Of a stretch of 64,000 bases of DNA, positions 56,552 to 64,000 are shown piece by piece (the stretch's first letter is position 1; every line of letters begins with the position of its first letter). A program made the translations under genes and the position numbers. The notes beneath the pieces were generated by a model. That model saw only the letters and a program-made list of their open reading frames with translations. It was not told the origin of the DNA and did not search any database. Source of the DNA: Nibricoccus sp. (GTDB lineage Bacteria > Verrucomicrobiota > Verrucomicrobiia > Opitutales > Opitutaceae); assembly GCA_047602425.1 (NCBI GenBank), contig JASGHG010000001.1:3872001-3936000 (forward strand), read 5' to 3'.

Positions 56552-57483
56552 AAATTTTCATCGCAGGCCACAAAGGCATGGTGGGAAGCGCCCTCGTGCG
56601 CCGTTTCAAAAACGAACCCGGCGTCACACTCGTCCTCCGCGCGCGCCAGGAACTCGATCTCACGTCGCAGGCCCAGGTTGACGCGTTTTTCGCCGCGGAA
56701 AAACCGGACATCGCCTTTGTCGGCGCGGCCAAGGTCGGTGGTATCCACGCCAACAATACCTATCCGGCCGAGTTCATTTACGAAAATCTCGCCATCGCCT
56801 CCAACACCGTGCACGGCGCCTACAAAGCCGGCGTGAAACACCTCTTCTTCCTCGGCAGCTCCTGCATCTACCCAAAGCTTGCGCCCCAGCCGATGACCGA
56901 GGACTGCCTGCTTACCAGTCCGCTGGAGCCGACTAACGAAGCGTACGCCATCGCCAAAATCGCCGGGCTCAAGCTCTGCCAATATTACCGCAAGCAATAC
57001 GGCGTGCTATACCATTCCGGCATGCCGACGAATCTCTACGGCCCGGTCGACAACTATCATCCGCAAAATTCGCATGTGCTTCCCGCACTGATCTCGCGTT
57101 TTCACGCAGCCAAGGAGGAGAAACTCCCCGAAGTCATCGCTTGGGGCACGGGCAAACCGATGCGCGAGTTCCTGCACGTCGACGATCTCGCCGACGCCTG
57201 CGCCTTCTTGGTGAAACTCGAAAATCCGCCCGACTGGATCAACATCGGCACGGGTATCGATGTCTCGATCAAGGAGCTGACCGAAACCGTCGCCACCGCC
57301 ATCGGCTATCAGGGCCGCATTACGTGGGACACGACAAAGCCTGACGGCACGCCGCGTAAACTCATGGATGTTTCCCGCCTGACTGCTCTCGGCTGGAAAG
57401 CGAAAATCTCTCTCCGCGACGGCATCGCCAAAACCTACGCTTCTTATCTTGCCGAAAAAGCCGCCGGAACGCTGCGCAGCTAA
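56548..57483 (+). CDS. fcl: GDP-L-fucose synthase
   Basis: [38 protein letters not shown]. Confidence 0.96.
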   Translation: MKIFIAGHKGMVGSALVRRFKNEPGVTLVLRARQELDLTSQAQVDAFFAAEKPDIAFVGAAKVGGIHANNTYPAEFIYENLAIASNTVHGAYKAGVKHLFFLGSSCIYPKLAPQPMTEDCLLTSPLEPTNEAYAIAKIAGLKLCQYYRKQYGVLYHSGMPTNLYGPVDNYHPQNSHVLPALISRFHAAKEEKLPEVIAWGTGKPMREFLHVDDLADACAFLVKLENPPDWINIGTGIDVSIKELTETVATAIGYQGRITWDTTKPDGTPRKLMDVSRLTALGWKAKISLRDGIAKTYASYLAEKAAGTLRS

Positions 57484-57581
57484 GATCTTTGAATCTTTGA
57501 CCGCAATGCCCGCCTACGCGCTTTTCGGATCGTGGTGAGGCGGTCGCGCTTCATTTCCATCGCACCGGACACTCCGCCCTT

Positions 57582-57618
57582 CAAACCGTTTGTCATCCAT
57601 TAGATGACAAGCGGTTTG
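57582..57618. repeat. Intergenic palindrome family, copy 5 (extended arms)
   Basis: CAAACCGTTTGTCATC-CATTA-GATGACAAGCGGTTTG. Confidence 0.8.
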
Positions 57619-57727
57619 GGCCTATCGGATCGTTGTCTATGGAGGTCTGTGGTGAGAGAATAAGAGGTTTATAAACGTCGACTGGACAAAATGCTTCTTT
57701 GGGTTACGGTGACGCTCGTTTCCAACC

Positions 57728-57811
57728 ATGTCCGCTCTACGCTCCATTATTATTGCGATTAGCAGCTCGATTATTTCGGGCCGCGGGCCCGGGCATGGAA
57801 ACAGCGCGTAA
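57728..57811 (+). CDS. Ile-rich attenuator leader peptide of cimA
   Basis: MSALRSIIIAISSSIISGRGPGHGNSA*, six Ile codons (all ATT). Confidence 0.75.
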   Translation: MSALRSIIIAISSSIISGRGPGHGNSA

Positions 57812-57837
57812 TCGCAAAACGCACTACGATTTTCCTG

Positions 57838-57867
57838 AACCCGGGCCTGCAAAAGCCCGGGTTTTTT
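57838..57867 (+). terminator. Attenuator terminator upstream of cimA
   Basis: AACCCGGGC-ctgcaaaa-GCCCGGGTT followed by TTTT; its 5' arm can alternatively pair with GGCCCGGG (57786-57793). Confidence 0.8.
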
Positions 57868-57916
57868 ATTCTCCACACTCTAAATTTCTCTCGTAACACT
57901 TCCAACATCCCCGCCC

Positions 57917-59488
57917 ATGAAATCCAATCAAGTCCTCATCTACGACACCACTCTTCGCGACGGCACGCAGGGCGAAGGCATCAGCTTTTCCGTGACGGAC
58001 AAACTCCTCATCGCCGAGAAGCTCGACCAATTCGGGGTGGACTACATCGAGGGCGGGTTCCCGGGATCCAACCCGCGCGACATAACCTTTTTCCAAGAGG
58101 TAAAAAATCTCCGCTTGAAGCACGCGAAGATCGCCGCCTTCGGTTCGACCCGCCGCGCAGGAGGAAAAGCCTCCGACGATCCGCAACTCCGCACGCTCCT
58201 CGACAGCGGCGTGCCGGTCATGACGCTGGTGGGCAAAACTTGGACGCTCCACGTCACCGAAATCCTGCGCACGACGCTCGAAGAAAATCTCGCGATGATC
58301 GAAGACTCGATCGCATACCTCGTCGCCAATGGTCGCGAGGTCGTGCACGACGCCGAGCATTTCTTTGATGGGTACAAAAATAATGCCGACTACGCGCTGC
58401 GCACGCTCGCAGCGGCGTTGAAGGGCGGAGCCAGCAACCTCACGCTTTGCGACACCAACGGCGGCACGATGGTCGACGAATTCAAGGAAATCGTCGGACG
58501 CGTGGTGAAGGAATTCGGTGCGGATAAAGTCGGCGTGCATTGCCACAACGACAGCGGCCTCGGCGTCGCCGTCTCGCTCGCGGGTATCGCCGCCGGCGCC
58601 ACGCTCGTGCAGGGCACGGTGAATGGTTATGGTGAGCGCACCGGCAACGCCAATCTCATCACCATCCTGCCGAATCTCTTCCTCAAGATGGGTCGCACCG
58701 CGCATTGCGCGCCCAACCTTGGCCAGCTGCGCGAGCTCTCGCTCTATTTCGATGAATTGGCGAACCTGCGTCCAGATACCAAATCGCCTTATGTCGGCGC
58801 GTCGGCGTTTGCGCATAAGGGCGGACTCCACGCCAACGCCGCGCAAAAAGTCAAAAGCAGCTACGAGCACATCGATCCGGCGCTTGTCGGCAACCGCACG
58901 CGCGTGCTCGTTTCCGATATGGCCGGCCGCAGTAGCGTCGCGATGAAGGCGAAGGAACTCGGTTTCGATCTCGACGAAAAATCACCCGCCATGAAAGGGC
59001 TGATCGACGAATTGAAGGACCTCGAATTTCGCGGCTATGAATTTGAAGCCGCCGATGCCTCGCTCAAACTCCTCCTCGCAAAATGGCTTGGCCATAAAAA
59101 ATCGTCATTCGAACTCGAATCGTATCGCGTGATCGTCGAGCGCCGCGGGCCGGAATCGAGTCTTGTTGCGGAAGCGACGGTTAAACTCCGCATCAACGGC
59201 GAAGTTGTTCATACGGTCGCTGAAGGCACCGGCCCGGTCGGCGCGCTCGACAAGGCTCTGCGCCTTGCCCTCGAGGGCGTTTTCCCGTCGCTGAAGGCCA
59301 CGCGCCTGACCGATTACAAGGTCCGCATCCTCGACAGCCGCCAGAGCGCCAATGCCCGCACCCGCGTCCTGATCGAGACGACCGACGGCCATTCCATCTG
59401 GGGAACGGTTGGTGTGAGCGACAATATCATCGACGCCAGCTGGGAAGCCTTGCGCGACGCCGTCGAGTACAAGCTCCAGCAGGGTTGA
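57917..59488 (+). CDS. cimA: Citramalate synthase
   Basis: DTTLRDGTQ, GGFPGSNP, DAEHFFDG, HCHND, GYGERTGN, AHKGGLH, C-terminal regulatory domain (GPVGALD, DYKVRI). Confidence 0.9.
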   Translation: MKSNQVLIYDTTLRDGTQGEGISFSVTDKLLIAEKLDQFGVDYIEGGFPGSNPRDITFFQEVKNLRLKHAKIAAFGSTRRAGGKASDDPQLRTLLDSGVPVMTLVGKTWTLHVTEILRTTLEENLAMIEDSIAYLVANGREVVHDAEHFFDGYKNNADYALRTLAAALKGGASNLTLCDTNGGTMVDEFKEIVGRVVKEFGADKVGVHCHNDSGLGVAVSLAGIAAGATLVQGTVNGYGERTGNANLITILPNLFLKMGRTAHCAPNLGQLRELSLYFDELANLRPDTKSPYVGASAFAHKGGLHANAAQKVKSSYEHIDPALVGNRTRVLVSDMAGRSSVAMKAKELGFDLDEKSPAMKGLIDELKDLEFRGYEFEAADASLKLLLAKWLGHKKSSFELESYRVIVERRGPESSLVAEATVKLRINGEVVHTVAEGTGPVGALDKALRLALEGVFPSLKATRLTDYKVRILDSRQSANARTRVLIETTDGHSIWGTVGVSDNIIDASWEALRDAVEYKLQQG

Positions 59489-59586
59489 ACGACCGGCGCC
59501 AAGAGGCGCCTTGCTGTGTCAATTGGCGTGCATTGACAGTTCCGGGCCGTATGATCCGGACCGTTACACATCCTTTTTGACTCAAT

Positions 59587-60150
59587 ATGGCCGACACATT
59601 CTCTCCTTTCTCGGGCGCGCTTCTCATGTGCATCGATTTTCAGGCGGTATTCCTGAAATCCGTTGCCAACAGCGAACAACTGCTCAAGCGCAGCAGCTTC
59701 GCCATCCAGGCCGCCAAGGGTTTTGGGATGCCGGTTGTATTCACGGAACAAGTACCGCAAAAACTCGGCGGCACCGTTCCCGAACTGCTCAAGCTGGCGC
59801 CTGGCGCGAAGCAACTTGGAAAAACGAATTTTTCCGCGATGGCCGACGACGGCATTCGTGACGCGATTCGCGCAATGGACGTCGAACACCTCATCATTTG
59901 TGGCCTCGAAACGTCGGTCTGCGTTTACCAAACGGCCCTCGACGCGCTCGACGCCCAATTGCAGGTCACGATTCTCTCCGACGCGATCAGCGCCCGCCGT
60001 CCGGACGATGCGAAGACGTGTCTCGATGCGCTTAGGGCTCGCAATCACGTGTACATTCTTCCGTCCGAAACTGTTTTCTACTCGATGATGCAAGATGTGA
60101 AACACCCCTTCTTCAAAACCTTCACTCAACTCGTCAAAGACCATGCCTGA
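59587..60150 (+). CDS. Isochorismatase-family hydrolase
   Basis: IDFQ, TEQVPQKLGGT, KTNFS, GLETSVCVYQT. Confidence 0.87.
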   Translation: MADTFSPFSGALLMCIDFQAVFLKSVANSEQLLKRSSFAIQAAKGFGMPVVFTEQVPQKLGGTVPELLKLAPGAKQLGKTNFSAMADDGIRDAIRAMDVEHLIICGLETSVCVYQTALDALDAQLQVTILSDAISARRPDDAKTCLDALRARNHVYILPSETVFYSMMQDVKHPFFKTFTQLVKDHA

Positions 60151-61132
60151 GGAAACGCTTCTCTCCGTGCGCCTGCTCAAGGCGCTTGAAAACGGCACCG
60201 GCCAACCCTTCGCCAGCGTGTTGCTCCTGCGACGGCTCACGGCGAAAACCGCCTCCAACGGGAACCCTTTCCTCAGCATCGAACTCGGCGATCGCTCCGG
60301 CACGTTTTCCTGCACCATCTTTGCCGATCATCCGCAATTCGAGCTTCTCAAGTCTCTGGCGGAAGGTTCGGCCATTCGCGTTGCGGGAAAAATCGATTAC
60401 TACCAAGGACGTCTTTCGCCGAAATTGCATAAGCTCGCCGCGCTTTCCGACGAGGAACTCGCGGCGCCCGGCATGCTCGACAACCTTGTTGAGGCAGCGC
60501 CCGAGGATCCGGAGGCGATGTGGACCGAATTCAACGCCTTTATCGACGCCATCGGTCACGATGAACTCCGCATGACGGCCCGCGCCGTTTTTGAGGAGAT
60601 TGGCGATAGCTTCCGCACCGCTCCCGCTGCTGTGGCGATGCATCACGCCTATCGTCACGGTTTGCTCGAACACACGCTACACATGGCGCGCGCGGCGAAG
60701 GCATTGCTTCCGCTTTATCCCGAGGTTCACGCCGACCTCGCGATGACCGGTATCCTGTTACATGATACAGGCAAAGTGGTCGAATACGAAGGCTCGCTTT
60801 CGACAAAACGCAGCCGCAAAGGCCAGTTGCAAGGCCACGTGGTCCTTGGCTACCAGATCGCGCGCAAAGCCGGACTGAAGGCGAAACTCGCCCCCGACTT
60901 GCTCGAACGGCTTGAGCACATTGTGCTCAGCCACCAAGGCGAACCCGAATGGGGCGCGGCCGTTTACGCTGCGACGCCCGAGGCCGTGTTTGTATCCATG
61001 GTCGACAACCTCGATGCCAAGATGGGCATGGTTCAACGCGCCCTGCGTCAGACCGATGAAAGCGAAGAATTTTCCGAACGCCTTCCCGGCCTGAATAGCT
61101 CGCTGCTTGTGACAAAACCGATCGCCAAGTGA
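60143..61132 (+). CDS. YhaM/Cbf1-like 3'-5' exoribonuclease (OB fold + HD domain)
   Basis: OB fold (LGDRSG), HHAYRHGLLEH, LLHDTGK, HIVLSHQG, DNLDAK. Confidence 0.87.
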   Translation: MPEETLLSVRLLKALENGTGQPFASVLLLRRLTAKTASNGNPFLSIELGDRSGTFSCTIFADHPQFELLKSLAEGSAIRVAGKIDYYQGRLSPKLHKLAALSDEELAAPGMLDNLVEAAPEDPEAMWTEFNAFIDAIGHDELRMTARAVFEEIGDSFRTAPAAVAMHHAYRHGLLEHTLHMARAAKALLPLYPEVHADLAMTGILLHDTGKVVEYEGSLSTKRSRKGQLQGHVVLGYQIARKAGLKAKLAPDLLERLEHIVLSHQGEPEWGAAVYAATPEAVFVSMVDNLDAKMGMVQRALRQTDESEEFSERLPGLNSSLLVTKPIAK

Positions 61133-61252
61133 TGGCTGTAAAACCAGCTACTAGGTTCAATTGGCTCGACTTCTCCCGGGAGGTAAGCGTGATTGGTTCG
61201 GCTCGCATAGAAAACCATTATCTAGCTCCTAACAGTTACATTTTCATTAAGT

Positions 61253-61657
61253 ATGAAACCACGACCGACTTCAGTCAGCATTATCGCCTGGATATTAATC
61301 GTGATCGGAGGCCTCTCCTTCATCACTAGCACGCTGACGATAAATAATCCAATGGTTCGGGACCTTATGAGCAAAAGCCCTATTCCAGTGCCGATTCAGT
61401 TTGTGATGATGTATGTCGGCCTTGGCGTAAGTATTTTGTCGGGAGTTTTTATGCTAAAAGCCAAAGCTTGGGCCCGGATGCTTTACATTGGATGGAGTTT
61501 GATTGGATTTACCATAAGCTTCAGTACATCCCCAATGAAAGCGGCAATCATTCCTGGGTTCATTGTATTTTTGATCATCGCGTTTTTCCTGTTCCGTCCG
61601 AAGGCAAACGAGTTTTTCTCGCAGGCGATTTCTCAAAATGACAGGCCGAGTTTTTAG
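61253..61657 (+). CDS. Hypothetical membrane protein
   Basis: 134 aa with about four TM segments; DNA visibly more AT-rich than its neighbours. Confidence 0.7.
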   Translation: MKPRPTSVSIIAWILIVIGGLSFITSTLTINNPMVRDLMSKSPIPVPIQFVMMYVGLGVSILSGVFMLKAKAWARMLYIGWSLIGFTISFSTSPMKAAIIPGFIVFLIIAFFLFRPKANEFFSQAISQNDRPSF

Positions 61658-62069
61658 CATTCTTTGTTATATAGTCGCTGGTTTTTTTGTATACTTGATT
61701 TCGTTTTTAGGCTTCGCAAAAATGCCGTCGATAGCCGTAAAATCGGTGTTTCTCGCGGGGTTTTCCATTCCTGCGATGATTGCACTTTTTGCTGGATTCG
61801 CGTGTGATCAATTCCGCCACAAACTGCGTGATGCCGGAATCGTGTTTTTGTCCGCGTCCGCAATGACAATATTTGTGGTGCTTACGCTTGTCTGCCTTCA
61901 GACGACGGAGGAATTCAAGAAGCTAGCCTCGCCGGAATCGCTAGATTTTTTCAGCGACTATTGGTTCGGCACTGCATTTTTATTAGCGATCGTTTTGATC
62001 GGGCTGGCCGCATTGCACAAGGGATATATGTCACGCAATGGTCCAAGAGAAAATGGTCATCCAAGATGA
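61638..62069 (+). CDS. Hypothetical membrane protein
   Basis: 143 aa with about four TM segments; overlaps the previous ORF. Confidence 0.65.
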   Translation: MTGRVFSILCYIVAGFFVYLISFLGFAKMPSIAVKSVFLAGFSIPAMIALFAGFACDQFRHKLRDAGIVFLSASAMTIFVVLTLVCLQTTEEFKKLASPESLDFFSDYWFGTAFLLAIVLIGLAALHKGYMSRNGPRENGHPR

Positions 62070-62184
62070 AGGAACGGTTGTATCGATTTTTTACCTACTG
62101 ACGATTTTTGGACAAAAAAGCGCGAGGCGTGGGGTTGGCATGCGGTAAGCAACAGCGAGAGGTGTTATGAAACTTCAATAATAT

Positions 62185-62234
62185 AGCCCTGCCCGGTGGT
62201 GCTCAGAAGCCTGCCGGGCGGGGCTGAGTTTTTT
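62185..62234 (+). terminator. GC-rich hairpin with T tract between convergent genes
   Basis: AGCCCTGCCCGG..CCGGGCGGGGCT-GAG-TTTTTT. Confidence 0.55.
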
Positions 62235-62277
62235 GAAGGCCGTATATTCGCCTTCCCGCTGGCACCCAGATCAACGG

Positions 62278-63312
62278 CTACGGTTTATTGGGGTAGGCCG
62301 CGCGAAAGACCTTGAGGCGATCGCCGGTCGGAGGATGAGTGCTGATATAACGGGGCGGGACGCCGTGCTTTCGCGTGGTTTCCATGCGTTCCATGATGTC
62401 GACGAAGCGGTGAAGCGGAATTTCGGCCCGTTGCATGGCGCGAAGCGCATATAGGTCGGCCTCAGTTTCGAAATCGCGGGAATATTTTTTGGAGGTCAGC
62501 AAAAGCGGCAGAGTGCCGGCGATATTGGTGACGGCGGAGGCGTCTCCGAGCAACGAAACTGCAAAGACGAACGCGGCTGAATCCTGCAACAGCATGCGAA
62601 CCGCGTGGTGGTTTTCGCAGTGGCCGATTTCGTGGACGAGTACGGCCATAAGTTCGTCATCGTCTTGGGCAAGATTAACCAGTCCGTCCGTGAGGATGAG
62701 CGTGCCATCGGGGAGGGCGAAGGCATTGGCGGAATCGTCGGCCATGCGGCGGAGGATCAACTTCAGCGGTTTCCCGGTGTAACCGGTGGCGGAAAGCAAG
62801 GAGGTAAACGACGTTTGGAGCTCCTGCTGGCGTTGCCAGCCCAGCGCGGAATAGTCGAAAACGCGGCGATCCAAAACCTGCATCGTATGCAATGAAATGC
62901 GTTTTTCGACGGTAGCCGGGATTGCGCCTGCGATGTGCGCAGCCAGACGGGGCAGTGAAAAGTAGAAAGCGCCGACGAGGCCTGTGACGAGCACGAGGGT
63001 CGCGGCCGCGACCAGGCGCGCCCGGGCTTCGAGGCGTGTAATGATTTTGTCGATACGCGAAGACTTGGCGCTGGCTAATTGTTCGAGTTGGACGAAGGCC
63101 TCGACGTCGGTGACCTGGCAGCGTGCGCCTGCCGGAAGTCGGAGAAACCGAGTGGACTGACCGACGGCGGCGGGGAAGCCAACCAGGTCGCAAGGCAAGC
63201 GCAGATTGACGCTTTCACCTTTGATCAGCCAGACGTCACCCTCGCGCGAAAGTGTCGCGGGGTGAGGAAGGGTGTTCCGGCCATCGAAATAGTGAACGGG
63301 AATCGTGTTCAT
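62278..63312 (-). CDS. M48-family metallopeptidase
   Basis: ANAFALPDG, HEIGH, YSRDFETEAD, STHP; start ATG 63312. Confidence 0.9.
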   Translation of the reverse strand: MNTIPVHYFDGRNTLPHPATLSREGDVWLIKGESVNLRLPCDLVGFPAAVGQSTRFLRLPAGARCQVTDVEAFVQLEQLASAKSSRIDKIITRLEARARLVAAATLVLVTGLVGAFYFSLPRLAAHIAGAIPATVEKRISLHTMQVLDRRVFDYSALGWQRQQELQTSFTSLLSATGYTGKPLKLILRRMADDSANAFALPDGTLILTDGLVNLAQDDDELMAVLVHEIGHCENHHAVRMLLQDSAAFVFAVSLLGDASAVTNIAGTLPLLLTSKKYSRDFETEADLYALRAMQRAEIPLHRFVDIMERMETTRKHGVPPRYISTHPPTGDRLKVFRAAYPNKP

Positions 63313-64000
63313 AAGCCGATATCGAAGCCGAGGAAATCGGTCGCCGCGTCGCCGAGGGCAGCGCCTTTGTTGGTGCCGAGTTGTTCGATTTTGTCCAGAT
63401 TGCCGTCGGGCCAGATTTCGAGGCACGAGAGAGTGTAGCGCGCGAGTCGGACGGAGGCCCAGGGAAAGGCGAGACCGAGCGTTCCGATGACAGCGGCGGC
63501 GTTGGTGAGCTGGATTTTTAAGTAGGTGCCGAGCGCCATGCGTGCGTGGAATCGGTGGCCATCAAGCCAGGTATTGTTCCAGACATGGTTGAATTTTTTA
63601 ACGCGCACAATCATGCGCGAGAACCAAAAGACGCTGATCGAACCGACGCTGCCGAGCATCAACCAGTTTTCATTGAAGTCGGCGCGGGTTTGGCCGGTAT
63701 TCACGGCGATGATGCCGAGGGTCATGGAGAGTGCGATGAACCAGGCGATGAAAGGGAGAACGCCAACGAAATAAAAACCGTAGAACGTGCTCACTTTGCC
63801 ATCGAAATGGAAAACGCCGTCGCCGAAGCGAAGGCGGTCGATGGCGAATTGTTTTCTTTTGTACGAGAAATACGGATACAGTCCGCCGAGGGTGATCACG
63901 CACAGGATGGGCAGCACCACAAAGTTGAGGAAAGCGCCGGGATAGTAGGGCCGGTAGCGGAAGGCGAGGCCGCGGTGGACGGTGTTGCGGGCGTTGAAGG
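63309..64000 (-). CDS. YjgN/DUF898-family membrane protein (5' end outside the window)
   Basis: ITLGGLYPY, TLGLAFPWASVR, C-terminal ALGDAATDFLGFDIGL; typical pairing with an M48 gene. Confidence 0.85.
   Translation of the reverse strand, partial: FNARNTVHRGLAFRYRPYYPGAFLNFVVLPILCVITLGGLYPYFSYKRKQFAIDRLRFGDGVFHFDGKVSTFYGFYFVGVLPFIAWFIALSMTLGIIAVNTGQTRADFNENWLMLGSVGSISVFWFSRMIVRVKKFNHVWNNTWLDGHRFHARMALGTYLKIQLTNAAAVIGTLGLAFPWASVRLARYTLSCLEIWPDGNLDKIEQLGTNKGAALGDAATDFLGFDIGL

Noticed and set aside
61110..61240. attC-like site (GTTCGGC, CTAAC) before the AT-rich ORFs
   Set aside because: No properly paired R''/R' and L boxes were found, and there is no integron integrase.

Overview
A GC-rich bacterial chromosomal window of mostly housekeeping genes. 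The gene style (Ig-rich giant secreted enzyme, beta-propeller/Y_Y_Y hybrid kinase, DUF1800/DUF1501 pair) suggests Verrucomicrobiota, probably Opitutaceae; this is inference. Bases 1-7154 hold the 5' part of a giant (>2380 aa) secreted pectinolytic multi-enzyme (CE8 plus two PL1 domains, Ig repeats, 52-Ser linker) that the ORF track missed. Next come moxR-DUF58-transglutaminase, mreB-orf-mreC-mreD-mrdA, a CPA2/RCK_C antiporter, tatA, dnaG-rpoD, DUF362-like-nuoA-(PTS EIIA/diadenylate cyclase)-rpmG, pal, a cbiX-like gene, a NarL-type regulator, an S26 peptidase, tRNA-Lys(TTT), an ECF sigma/anti-sigma pair and mutS. The second half holds DUF1800/DUF1501, tsaB-alr, valS, a hybrid sensor kinase, cysH, a TGT-MnmD-like methyltransferase fusion, a U32 (TrhP-like) protein, a homocysteine methyltransferase domain, a DHFR-like protein, gmd-fcl, cimA, isochorismatase-yhaM and an M48/YjgN pair. 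The most interesting signals are: (1) the TGT-methyltransferase fusion divergent from a U32 gene (possible new tRNA wobble chemistry such as N-methyl-preQ1); (2) the giant pectinase; (3) the EIIA-DAC fusion; (4) an unannotated Ile-rich attenuator before cimA; (5) a family of intergenic palindromes TTGTCATC-N5-GATGACAA. No CRISPR array, integrase or transposase was seen. All calls come from reading motifs by eye; no database searches were run.
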